DNA of 39,237 nucleotides from a virus: the IMG/VR virus record IMGVR_UViG_3300045988_144194. One strand, given 5' to 3'. Shown here one piece after another: positions 16,324 through 23,441 of the stretch (position 1 is its first letter; every line of letters begins with the position of its first letter). Position numbers and translations under genes: made by a program. The notes under the pieces are model-generated. The model was not told the origin of the DNA and searched no databases. It worked only from the letters and a program-made list of their open reading frames with translations.

Positions 16324-16425
16324 TCAGGAGCCGGAGGAACGCGAGCCGCCGCGAGAAAAAGCGCTGCGGATACGACCGGCCACATTACGCACCGCACTAC
16401 CGGCACGCTGGAACAGGTTTCGCAT
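16324..16425 (-). CDS. 33-aa basic peptide (MRNLFQRAGSAVRNVAGRIRSAFSRGGSRSSGS)
   Basis: Preceded by the strong RBS AAGGAGGTG five nt upstream of the ATG. Shares the C-terminal RSSGS. Confidence 0.3.
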   Translation of the reverse strand: MRNLFQRAGSAVRNVAGRIRSAFSRGGSRSSGS

Positions 16426-16496
16426 AATCCACCTCCTTTCGTGGCATAAGAAAAGCCGCTGCGGATCACAGCGGCCAAACTCTAGGAGGCGGAACA

Positions 16497-17108
16497 TCAC
16501 CCGCCAAGTTTCTTCATGACGGCCATGCCGTCCATGTACTTGTCGCCGAGCTTGCGAAGACCATACTCGGCAAGGAAAGAGTCCTTGTCGTCTCGCAACG
16601 GGAACGCGATGGCGAACCAGTGTTCGGAATCGGTCGGCTCCACGAGCTTCCTGGGACTGCGAGCCTCGACCAGCGCCCTGTGCAGGGCGGCGAACTCGGC
16701 GAGACAATCCTTCTCCAGATCATCGGAGTACTTGACATCGGCGAGCGGATCGGGCGTCTTCTCCGCGAACCCGAGACCGCCACCGAAGCCGACGCCGGCA
16801 CCGAACGCCACGGCGGACGACTTGGCCGACTTGTACGGGGCGAGTAGCTTCTCGACATCACGGTACGCATAGATCCGGTGTTCATCGCCGAAACCATACC
16901 GTTCACGCCACCGCGCCATCTCAACGGGGGAGGGGAAACACAGGCACAGCCAGAACTCGGTGTCGGTCGCATCCACGAAACGCTTGCGCTCCGCACGGGC
17001 GCGCTCGCGGTATTCCTTCGCGTTCTCGTCCAGATTCTCCGGCACCGGCTTCACAGCCTTCTTGCCCTTGGGCTTCTTGGAAAAAGAGAACTTGAAATCA
17101 CCTGACAT
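16497..17108 (-). CDS. Protein with an internally duplicated domain, function unknown
   Basis: 203 aa from the ATG at 17108 (RBS GGAGGTGG). Two related halves are visible (DATDTEFWLCLCFP..RWRERYGFG and EPTDSEHWFAIAFP..FLAEYGLRKLG). The longer track ORF 16497-17516 is an artefactual N-extension. Confidence 0.6.
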   Translation of the reverse strand: MSGDFKFSFSKKPKGKKAVKPVPENLDENAKEYRERARAERKRFVDATDTEFWLCLCFPSPVEMARWRERYGFGDEHRIYAYRDVEKLLAPYKSAKSSAVAFGAGVGFGGGLGFAEKTPDPLADVKYSDDLEKDCLAEFAALHRALVEARSPRKLVEPTDSEHWFAIAFPLRDDKDSFLAEYGLRKLGDKYMDGMAVMKKLGG

Positions 17109-17799
17109 GATCCACCTCCAACAAAGGGAACCATTCAAGCAGCGTCGCGTAATCGTCCGGAGCCTTGTCCTTGAGCACCTTGGTGAACCTCTTATCGATG
17201 CCATCGAACGAACGCCCGAACCACGCATAATCACACGGCAGCTCGATATCATGCGATCTGATGCAGTCCAGCACCTCGCCCTTGAGCCAATCCCCGATAG
17301 GACTGACCTTCTTGAGATTGCGCCGCCAGTACCCGTACTGGACGAACGCGCCACGACGCTGAATCGAATCGGCGGCGCGCACGCCATCCGCGCACCACGT
17401 GCTCTTATCCAAGCCCACGTCGGCGCGGATGAAATCCCACATCTGCTCATACGACGGCTCAGGCAACCGCGCCGCCTCGATATAGCGCAACCGTTCGGGA
17501 GCCTGGAACACCGCATTGTTCAGCCACCGGTACAGCGACGGGTGCGGATACCTTTTGATTCTGGTCTGGAATTTCTGCTCGAAATAATCAAGTTCCTCGT
17601 CCACGAACCTCAAACCGGGCACATAGTAGAGGTACGCGGGAACGACCTCGATACCCATGTCCCGCATCGCCAGCCACGCGGCGATAGAATCCTTGCCGCA
17701 CGAAAACGCCAACAGCACGGGCTTGCCTTCGGCGGCGAGCTTCTCACGCACCGCGAGGCTCGTGCCCTGATTGCGAATAACCGTGGTCACTTCGGCCAC
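17098..17799 (-). CDS. PAPS-reductase-like protein (adenine nucleotide alpha-hydrolase superfamily)
   Basis: The N-terminal PP-loop-like motif LLAFSCGKDSIAAWL is typical of the PAPS reductase/DndC-like family. Translationally coupled on both sides. Confidence 0.7.
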   Translation of the reverse strand: MAEVTTVIRNQGTSLAVREKLAAEGKPVLLAFSCGKDSIAAWLAMRDMGIEVVPAYLYYVPGLRFVDEELDYFEQKFQTRIKRYPHPSLYRWLNNAVFQAPERLRYIEAARLPEPSYEQMWDFIRADVGLDKSTWCADGVRAADSIQRRGAFVQYGYWRRNLKKVSPIGDWLKGEVLDCIRSHDIELPCDYAWFGRSFDGIDKRFTKVLKDKAPDDYATLLEWFPLLEVDHVR

Positions 17800-18287
17800 C
17801 TCCTCCCCGTCATGCGGATGAACCGCGAATGCGAATAAAACTCGACGCCGTCACGCCGGAAACTCGGCTCCGACGAACGGACGAACACATGCAAACCATG
17901 TCCACTGGTCGAAACCTCCGCATAGATCGCTTCGGACAACAGTTCCACCGCCTGCGCGGGCGGACTGGTCAAATCAACATGGTCGAAATCCCAGCACGCA
18001 AGCCCATCGCCGAGCATGATGCCATAGCCGTCGCCGGCCTTCGAGCGCATGACCTCCGGGTATGACGCCCAGGTATCGGGATCAGTCGAACTGGCTGGTG
18101 ACCCATCGCACATAATCGGGCGCTTGCCATCGGCGCGCACCCAACGGCGCAATGCCTTGAGTTCCTGCGGTATCTGATGTTTGCGGCTCCACGCCTTGCG
18201 GCATCTGTCCGAGCAAAACAGTCTCGGACGCCTAGGGTTCGGTGTGGATTGAAAGAAATGGCCGCAATTCCTACATTGGTTGACCAT
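17787..18287 (-). CDS. Zinc-ribbon plus archaeo-eukaryotic primase (PrimPol)-like domain protein
   Basis: CRNCG..CSDRC zinc ribbon, then AEP-like motifs LACWDFDHV (DxD), STSGHGLHVF (sGxGxH) and GVEFYSHSRFIRMTG. The start is taken at ATG 18287 (MVNQ..). Confidence 0.55.
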   Translation of the reverse strand: MVNQCRNCGHFFQSTPNPRRPRLFCSDRCRKAWSRKHQIPQELKALRRWVRADGKRPIMCDGSPASSTDPDTWASYPEVMRSKAGDGYGIMLGDGLACWDFDHVDLTSPPAQAVELLSEAIYAEVSTSGHGLHVFVRSSEPSFRRDGVEFYSHSRFIRMTGRRWPK

Positions 18288-18294
18288 AGCTATA

Positions 18295-18323
18295 ACTATA
18301 GCATATATTCCAATGGGTTGCAA
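18295..18323 (-). promoter_or_regulatory. Sigma-70-like promoter TTGCAA-17-TATAGT, predicted to give a leaderless mRNA for 17787-18287
   Basis: The minus strand reads TTGCAA CCCATTGGAATATATGC TATAGT TATAGCT ATG. The -10 lies in a GCTATAGTTATAGC palindrome. The 10-mer TGCTATAGTT is shared with the repressor-gene promoter at 31409-31418. Confidence 0.5.
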
Positions 18324-18541
18324 CCATAATTTCGTGACATATCAAAACTGCGGAGAATCAAACGTAACAGCCTCGAAAACAAGCGAGGCAAAAGTGTCAA
18401 ACCAGCTCCGAAACGGCTCGCACGGGCGCTCGCAGGCACCCCAACGGCCAAACGTACGATACTCCACGCGGATTGCGGGGGGACGGCGGCGCTAGGACCT
18501 TGGGGGAGCCTTGCATGGGAGGGGGAGGGTATGGCCCCCGG

Positions 18542-18877
18542 TTACCATTGGCGGCTGATTGGGATGGTGTTTTGTGGTTGTTTTTTTGTGTTTTGGTGGC
18601 CTGTGGTGTTGGCGATTATTTTGTTTCTTTTTCTTTGATTGCAGATTCTGTGTGTGAGTTGTGTGTTGTCATAGCTGGTTGGTGATCCGCCTCGGCTGAA
18701 TGGGATGATCTCATCGAGCTCGCAGCTGAGTGGGTGTGGTGTTTTGAGCGTGAGGTCTATGGGTTTGCCGCACAGCGGGCAGATCGGTATTGGTCCTTCG
18801 GCTGCGATGTGTCTGGCCTTGCATTTGCGGCGGGCTGCTCCATTTTGGTATCGGCCTGAGCCTGTCTTGTTGCTCAT
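18542..18877 (-). CDS. HNH endonuclease
   Basis: CPLCGKPID..ELDEIIPFSRGG..NTQLTHRICNQRKRN is a classic HNH motif. Its position near the terminase is typical of HNH-assisted packaging. Start taken at the internal ATG 18877. Confidence 0.85.
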   Translation of the reverse strand: MSNKTGSGRYQNGAARRKCKARHIAAEGPIPICPLCGKPIDLTLKTPHPLSCELDEIIPFSRGGSPTSYDNTQLTHRICNQRKRNKIIANTTGHQNTKKQPQNTIPISRQW

Positions 18878-18895
18878 GTTCCCATCCTGTGTGTT

Positions 18896-19006
18896 TGGTG
18901 GCTTGGGCGAGATTCGAATTCGCGGTGGCCCGACATGGTTAGTCTGTTTTGACCACGCCGTCGCAATCACTGCGATGGCCGGTTAGTCCTCTACCGTACG
19001 CAAGCC
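18896..19006 (-). other. Degenerate tRNA-like element (111 nt) with TTCGAAT T-loop and an encoded CCA end
   Basis: The minus strand reads GGCTTGC..GCGAATTCGAATCTCGCCCAAGCCACCA. The acceptor pairs at 6 of 7 positions and the T-stem has an A/C mismatch. No canonical anticodon arm is present, and about 35 extra nt include a 9-bp hairpin. Not a standard tRNA. Confidence 0.3.
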
Positions 19007-19007
19007 G

Positions 19008-19083
19008 TGGCATACGCGGTTGGCTTCGATCCAACGACCTGCGGTTTTGGAGACCGCCGCTCTACCTGCTGAGCTACGCGCAT
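19008..19083 (-). tRNA. tRNA-Trp (anticodon CCA)
   Basis: The minus strand folds by hand as ATGCGCG TA GCTC AGCAGGTA GAGC G GCGGT CTCCAAA ACCGC AGGTC GTTGG ATCGAAG CCAAC CGCGTAT G CCA. This gives a full cloverleaf with one G-U pair in the acceptor stem. Confidence 0.85.
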
Positions 19084-19237
19084 AGGCGGTCATGCCGGTT
19101 GATTGCCATGGCACATGACCATTGGGTGGATATGAGTAAAGCCCCTGAACCGGTTGATTCAGAGGCTTCCACACTAATCCTGATACGGAGTATACCACGG
19201 GGTGGATTCACCCTACTCCTGTCTGTGTTTTGTTTTT

Positions 19238-19522
19238 TCAGGCGGCTTGGATGGTGAGGCGTCCGCCGAGGGCGTGGATTACCTTGGCGATGGTCTGGAA
19301 GCTGGGGTTTCCGTCCTTGCTGAGGCTTTTGTAGAGGCTTTCGCGCCCCACGCCCGCGTCCTTGGCGATCTGGGTCATGCCTCGAGCCTTGGCGACGTTG
19401 CCGAGTGCGGCCTGCATGAGTGCGGGGTCGTCGTATTCGGCTATGGCGTTGAGGTAGGCGATGATATCCTGTTCGTTTTCGAGGTATTCGCTGGTGTCGT
19501 AGTCGGTGATTTCGGTGCTCAT
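19238..19522 (-). CDS. HigA-like antitoxin (addiction module antidote, HTH)
   Basis: The motifs AYLNAIAEYDDPALMQAALGNVAKARGMTQIAKDAGVGRESLYKSLS are characteristic of the antidote family paired with RelE/HigB-like killers. ATGA overlap with the toxin gene. Confidence 0.8.
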   Translation of the reverse strand: MSTEITDYDTSEYLENEQDIIAYLNAIAEYDDPALMQAALGNVAKARGMTQIAKDAGVGRESLYKSLSKDGNPSFQTIAKVIHALGGRLTIQAA

Positions 19523-19824
19523 TGCTGCTCCTTGTAGTCGTCGAGTATGGCGTGGGCTTGTTTGATGTCAGTCTGCTGGGTGCTTTTGTCGCCGCCTGCG
19601 AGCAGCAGCATGAGCACGTTGCCGCGCGTGGTGAAGTAGACGCGGTATCCGGCTCCGATGTGGAACCGCATCTCGCTGACCGGGCCTCCCACGGGTTTGA
19701 TGTCGCCGAACGGCCTGCCGGCGAGCTTGCAGGCGTCGAGCCGGGCTTGGATGGCGGCTTTCGCCTCGCGGTTCCTGAGTTTCTTGAACCACTTGCGGTA
19801 TTCGGCGGTTTGCTTGATTTCCAT
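19519..19824 (-). CDS. RelE/HigB-like toxin (addiction module killer protein)
   Basis: MEIKQTAEYRKWFKKLRN..GPVSEMRFHIGAGYRVYFTTRGNVLMLLLAGGDKSTQQTDIKQA matches the killer-protein family pattern. Toxin-first gene order. Confidence 0.8.
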   Translation of the reverse strand: MEIKQTAEYRKWFKKLRNREAKAAIQARLDACKLAGRPFGDIKPVGGPVSEMRFHIGAGYRVYFTTRGNVLMLLLAGGDKSTQQTDIKQAHAILDDYKEQQ

Positions 19825-19855
19825 ACCCTTATTGTATCTCACAGGCTACACTATG

Positions 19856-20632
19856 TCAAGCCGGGCGGCCGCTGGAACCCATCGCCAACGCCAGAATCTC
19901 CCGTATGTTGAACTCCCAGTAGCCGTCATCGACCGGCTTGCTGCTGGGCAGCTTGCCGCGGTTGAGCCAGTTGCTGATCTGCTTGCGGCTGACCTCGTAC
20001 CCGTAGTTGTCCTTGAGCCATTGGCTCATGCCTGCTGGTGTTTTGGTCAGGTGGATTGCCTCGGCCTTGTCTCGGCTTTGCTCGCGCAGCTGTTGCACGT
20101 TGATTGGGTTGCCGCATTTGCATAGCAGCAGCGATTCGCCCTTCGCGGCCATGACCTCGCGTCCGCATTCGGGGCAGACGCCGATTATCCGGCGCGTGCG
20201 CGGCCTGCGGTCGATGAGCGGTTCGATGCGCTCGCAGGTGTGGATGAGCCATGTCAGCCAATGTCCCGAGCGACTGGCGCGGCATAGGTCGGGCAGTCGT
20301 CGTGGCGAGTCCCTGAGCAGGGTCTGCCATCTCGGACGGCTTTCCACGCCGGTTTCGTTCCACATGTCCTGCAAGCCGTCCTCGGTCTGGTCGAGCATGT
20401 CCTGCGCGTGGAGGTTGATGGGCGCGGGCGCCGCGCCTCCTTGCGGTTTGCCGCCCGCTCCGGGTTCTCCGAGCTTGTAGGCGTGACGGGACACCTGTTG
20501 CAGGAGCATCATGTCGCGGCGGAGCCGGTGGAGCGTTTTCGCGTAGACGCGGCGGCAGTCCCGGCAGAGCGTCCATGGTGCCTCGACCTGTCGGCTGCCG
20601 CAGTATTGGCATGGTTCGGTGGTGATGAACAT
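19856..20632 (-). CDS. Zinc-ribbon / C-terminal HTH DNA-binding protein (possible late-gene regulator)
   Basis: Several CxxC pairs (CQYCG, CRDC, CPECG, CKCG) and a C-terminal HTH-like segment SRKQISNWLNRGKL. RBS GGAGGG before the ATG at 20632. Confidence 0.55.
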   Translation of the reverse strand: MFITTEPCQYCGSRQVEAPWTLCRDCRRVYAKTLHRLRRDMMLLQQVSRHAYKLGEPGAGGKPQGGAAPAPINLHAQDMLDQTEDGLQDMWNETGVESRPRWQTLLRDSPRRLPDLCRASRSGHWLTWLIHTCERIEPLIDRRPRTRRIIGVCPECGREVMAAKGESLLLCKCGNPINVQQLREQSRDKAEAIHLTKTPAGMSQWLKDNYGYEVSRKQISNWLNRGKLPSSKPVDDGYWEFNIREILALAMGSSGRPA

Positions 20633-20720
20633 TATGTTGAAACCCTCCACGTTCCGGCTATCATGGTGCTTGGTGAGCGTGCCCTCCATCTTTTCGGTGG
20701 AGGGTTTCGTTTTTTTACGC

Positions 20721-20748
20721 TGAATTCAGTGTTTTTGCGCTGAATTCA
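20721..20748. repeat. Two tandem copies of CGCTGAATTCA, each with the palindrome TGAATTCA, 20 bp apart
   Basis: ttacgctgaattcag tgtttttgcgctgaattcaa lies in the 113-bp gap upstream of 19856-20632. Confidence 0.8.
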
Positions 20749-20934
20749 AATCAATGGTTCGATGAATTCGGGCGTGAAATCATCCTTGTGGGGTGCGGGC
20801 GTTTCAGGATGGGCGATGATGTACAGCACCTCATCCAATGGCACGCCGAGCAGTTTCGCCGTGTATTCGGGCGTGGCCGCTTTGCTCCGATGCCATTTGA
20901 GTATTTCCTCGCGTTTGAGACTGCTTACGCTCAT
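20746..20934 (-). CDS. Small hypothetical protein (possible HTH)
   Basis: 62-aa ORF coupled to the upstream gene by an ATGA overlap. Confidence 0.5.
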   Translation of the reverse strand: MSVSSLKREEILKWHRSKAATPEYTAKLLGVPLDEVLYIIAHPETPAPHKDDFTPEFIEPLI

Positions 20935-21140
20935 GATTCCTCCTTGAGCGTGGCGACATATGCGATGGCCTTGCGTTCACGATTCGCATACTTCTCGCAT
21001 TTGCGCTTGAGACGTTTGAGGCTCATGGCGTATATGTAGGCTCTGAAGTCGCCGTCCTCGGTGATTCTGGCCTCGTACCGGCTCAGGGCTGAGGCCCTGA
21101 ATTGCGCGGTCAGATGGTTGGTAAGCTGTACTCCGTTCAT
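20931..21140 (-). CDS. Hypothetical protein
   Basis: 69 aa from the internal ATG at 21140 (MNGVQLTNH..). The start overlaps the stop of the upstream small ORF. Confidence 0.45.
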   Translation of the reverse strand: MNGVQLTNHLTAQFRASALSRYEARITEDGDFRAYIYAMSLKRLKRKCEKYANRERKAIAYVATLKEES

Positions 21141-21256
21141 TCCTCCGGCTCCTGTGATTCGTTGTAGAAGTCTTTGGGAGTGATGGTCACGCTGATCTGG
21201 CATCCGGCGGCGAGCGCCGCGCTGATGATGTCGGTGAGGTTCGTGTTCTCGTTCAT
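21137..21256 (-). CDS. 39-aa ORF (MNENTNLTDIISAALAAGCQISVTITPKDFYNESQEPEE)
   Basis: Below the track length cutoff. Coupled by ATGA/TGA overlaps at both ends, and GC3 is high. Confidence 0.35.
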   Translation of the reverse strand: MNENTNLTDIISAALAAGCQISVTITPKDFYNESQEPEE

Positions 21257-21561
21257 TCTGCTGTTCCTTTTTTCTGGATTGTTGTGATGATTGTGCGCAC
21301 CCGGTTGCGGTAGATGGCTTTGTTGCCGTCCGGTAGTCTGTTCCAGTCTGAGTCGAGGAGCAGGCCGGAACTGTTGCAGTCCGAGTAGTAGAGCTGTTCG
21401 GCGGCGGCTTCCACCTCCAAGCCGGTGGGCTTCCGTTCCGCACCGGTCATGTACGCCTCCTGCAAGTCGTCACTGGTGTAGACCTGGGCCAACGTGTCGT
21501 GCACGTCGTCCACCGTGCAGTTGGGGTAGCGGAAGCACGCTTCCTTGCTGATGATGCTCAT
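21253..21561 (-). CDS. Hypothetical protein
   Basis: 102 aa from the internal ATG at 21561 (MSIISKEACFRYPN..). Confidence 0.5.
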   Translation of the reverse strand: MSIISKEACFRYPNCTVDDVHDTLAQVYTSDDLQEAYMTGAERKPTGLEVEAAAEQLYYSDCNSSGLLLDSDWNRLPDGNKAIYRNRVRTIITTIQKKGTAE

Positions 21562-21980
21562 AGCCGGCCTCGTTCCTGGTTGCGGACGAGGCAATCGTCC
21601 ATAGCCTGAGCAAGTTCCTCGTCGGTGATGTCGAACGCGGTAATCAGGTTGCCGACCGTCTGCAACACGTCGGCGAGCTCGTTGAGCATGGCCTGGCGGC
21701 GCTGGTCGCGCACGTAACCTATCCATCCGGCTTTCGCCCTGTCCCGGTCATCGCCAAGCTCGCCGCCCACGTTCACCCCGAAGCAGGCGAGGCAATTCGC
21801 ATGGTCATCGAACTCCCGGCCAATGCCGCTCGGGTCTGTCGGGTCGCTGGCTTTCAGGTATTGTTTCCCGGCCTCCACCATCTCCGCCGCCTCCTCAAGC
21901 GTCTTCAACAACAGCCACTTGTCGGGCGTGAGACGGCCGAAAGATTCAACCGGAGGCATTTGGACGATACGATTGCTCAT
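21558..21980 (-). CDS. MazG-like nucleotide pyrophosphohydrolase
   Basis: LLKTLEEAAEMVEA and LNELADVLQTVGNL helices carry the EExxE/D-type motifs typical of phage MazG-like proteins. Confidence 0.7.
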   Translation of the reverse strand: MSNRIVQMPPVESFGRLTPDKWLLLKTLEEAAEMVEAGKQYLKASDPTDPSGIGREFDDHANCLACFGVNVGGELGDDRDRAKAGWIGYVRDQRRQAMLNELADVLQTVGNLITAFDITDEELAQAMDDCLVRNQERGRL

Positions 21981-22402
21981 ACTTCCACCGCCTTTGTGAC
22001 GCGGAACCGTTTGCGAATCTCATACTCGCCCGGCTCCAAATACCGGAGGGAGTTGCAGGCTTCCTCATACGTGTCATATTCGTGTGAGCAGTGGCTGCGG
22101 TCATCCGGCTTTTCAACCACGAAGCAGCTTTCGACATGTGAATCGTCGGGCATCTCACCGGCTTTCCTCCAAGGGTTTGTCGATGCGTCAGCCGGGTCGT
22201 ACATCACGGCGATTTCCGGATAGTCCAACACGTGTTTCACTCCGGCATTCCATGCCGGGGCGGCGGCTTGCCGACATATCTCAGTCAGGGACGCGGCGCA
22301 TACCGTTTCCGCATCCTCCAGTCGAGGGTCATGCGTCCGCTCGTATTCGGCTGTGATGCCGGCTGCGAGTAGGCGCTTTACGTCAAGGACCGAAAGGCTC
22401 AT
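21977..22402 (-). CDS. Hypothetical protein
   Basis: 141 aa from the ATG at 22402. Translationally coupled. Confidence 0.5.
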   Translation of the reverse strand: MSLSVLDVKRLLAAGITAEYERTHDPRLEDAETVCAASLTEICRQAAAPAWNAGVKHVLDYPEIAVMYDPADASTNPWRKAGEMPDDSHVESCFVVEKPDDRSHCSHEYDTYEEACNSLRYLEPGEYEIRKRFRVTKAVEV

Positions 22403-23064
22403 GCTTCCACCACCTTGGCCGGACGGAACGGAGCTTGAGTGGTCACGTGCTTGCTGTTGAGGCCCGACCACACAGGACCGGTGACGGGGGATTCCGGGTC
22501 ACCGATAAGCAAAGCGACCAACTTCGAATCGTCCATGCCGGAGATGGCGACGCTCCACAAGGCATTGTCCTTATCCCACCACAACCCGTCATGGTCGGGC
22601 AGCTTCGGCTTCCGACGCAAAGCGTAGGCGAAATCATCGGAGTCGATGCAGTACTCACCGTCTATCTCGCTGATGCGGATACGCAGGAGCATGTCGCCTA
22701 GAGGGTCAGGCTTGAGATCGATGACGCGGAAATGGTTTCCCTCCGTCGTGCAGGCAATATCGCCCACCTGCACATTTTCGATATTGTCGATGCGCTCATA
22801 CTCGGGGTCATCCACCAATTCGATGGTATCGACGTAACTGGGAATGACGGGCGGCGTATCAGATGATTCAGCCGAGAACACGTGTAAATATGTTCGATGC
22901 GCGTCGAGCTGCATCGAAAGGTGACATATACCGTCCGTGTCTCTGGAACGCCGTATGAGCTTCCCTATGAATACGTCTCCGTTCTCCATTGTCACCTTGA
23001 CTCGCTGATCGAGATTCTGAATCTCCATAAGGGTCTTGCCTTCCCAGAATGGTTTCTCACTCAT
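22399..23064 (-). CDS. Hypothetical protein
   Basis: 221 aa from the ATG at 23064 (MSEKPFWEGK..). GC content is lower than in the neighbouring genes. Confidence 0.55.
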   Translation of the reverse strand: MSEKPFWEGKTLMEIQNLDQRVKVTMENGDVFIGKLIRRSRDTDGICHLSMQLDAHRTYLHVFSAESSDTPPVIPSYVDTIELVDDPEYERIDNIENVQVGDIACTTEGNHFRVIDLKPDPLGDMLLRIRISEIDGEYCIDSDDFAYALRRKPKLPDHDGLWWDKDNALWSVAISGMDDSKLVALLIGDPESPVTGPVWSGLNSKHVTTQAPFRPAKVVEA

Positions 23065-23266
23065 TGTCATTCTCCTCCTTTTCGTTGTTTTCGATTGCGT
23101 CCAGCAGATCGCATTCGGCGAGCATGAGATGCGCCTGGGCACGGGTCATTGATTTCAGCGTCTGCGGGTCGCTGCCGGCCATCCAGCCGAGAGAGCTCAC
23201 TTTCTCCTCGAGCGTGTGGGTCTGCGCCGCTAAGACGCGCAATCGACCATCAAGCAGCATGGTCAT
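23057..23266 (-). CDS. Hypothetical protein
   Basis: 69 aa. Preceded by the strong RBS AAGGAGGAA. Confidence 0.5.
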   Translation of the reverse strand: MTMLLDGRLRVLAAQTHTLEEKVSSLGWMAGSDPQTLKSMTRAQAHLMLAECDLLDAIENNEKEENDNE

Positions 23267-23441
23267 CGGTTTCCTCCTTGTTGAGTCGTGTTTCGATTTC
23301 GATGCACAAGTCGAGCGCCGCCGTGAAACCGGCCTGATAGGCGTATAGCGCGGTCTCCGGCCGGCTCATGCCGCCAATCTCCGTGGCCTCCAACAGCCAC
23401 GCCATCGCACGCTCCTGCGGGGTCGGGAACTTTTCGGCCAT
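23250..23441 (-). CDS. Hypothetical protein
   Basis: 63 aa from the internal ATG at 23441 (MAEKFPTPQER..). Confidence 0.45.
   Translation of the reverse strand: MAEKFPTPQERAMAWLLEATEIGGMSRPETALYAYQAGFTAALDLCIEIETRLNKEETDDHAA

Noticed and set aside
16497-17516. A 339-aa ORF spanning the PAPS-reductase-like gene region in another frame.
   Set aside because: Its N-terminal 136 aa are Arg/Ser/Cys-rich junk overlapping 17098-17799 out of frame. An internal ATG at 17108 with a strong RBS gives a sensible 203-aa protein.
18324-18541. The G-rich intergenic stretch (gggggagccttgcatgggagggggagggtatggccccc) as the cos/pac site.
   Set aside because: The location next to the HNH and terminase genes is plausible. 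Nothing in the sequence alone defines the ends, so this is not reported as a feature.
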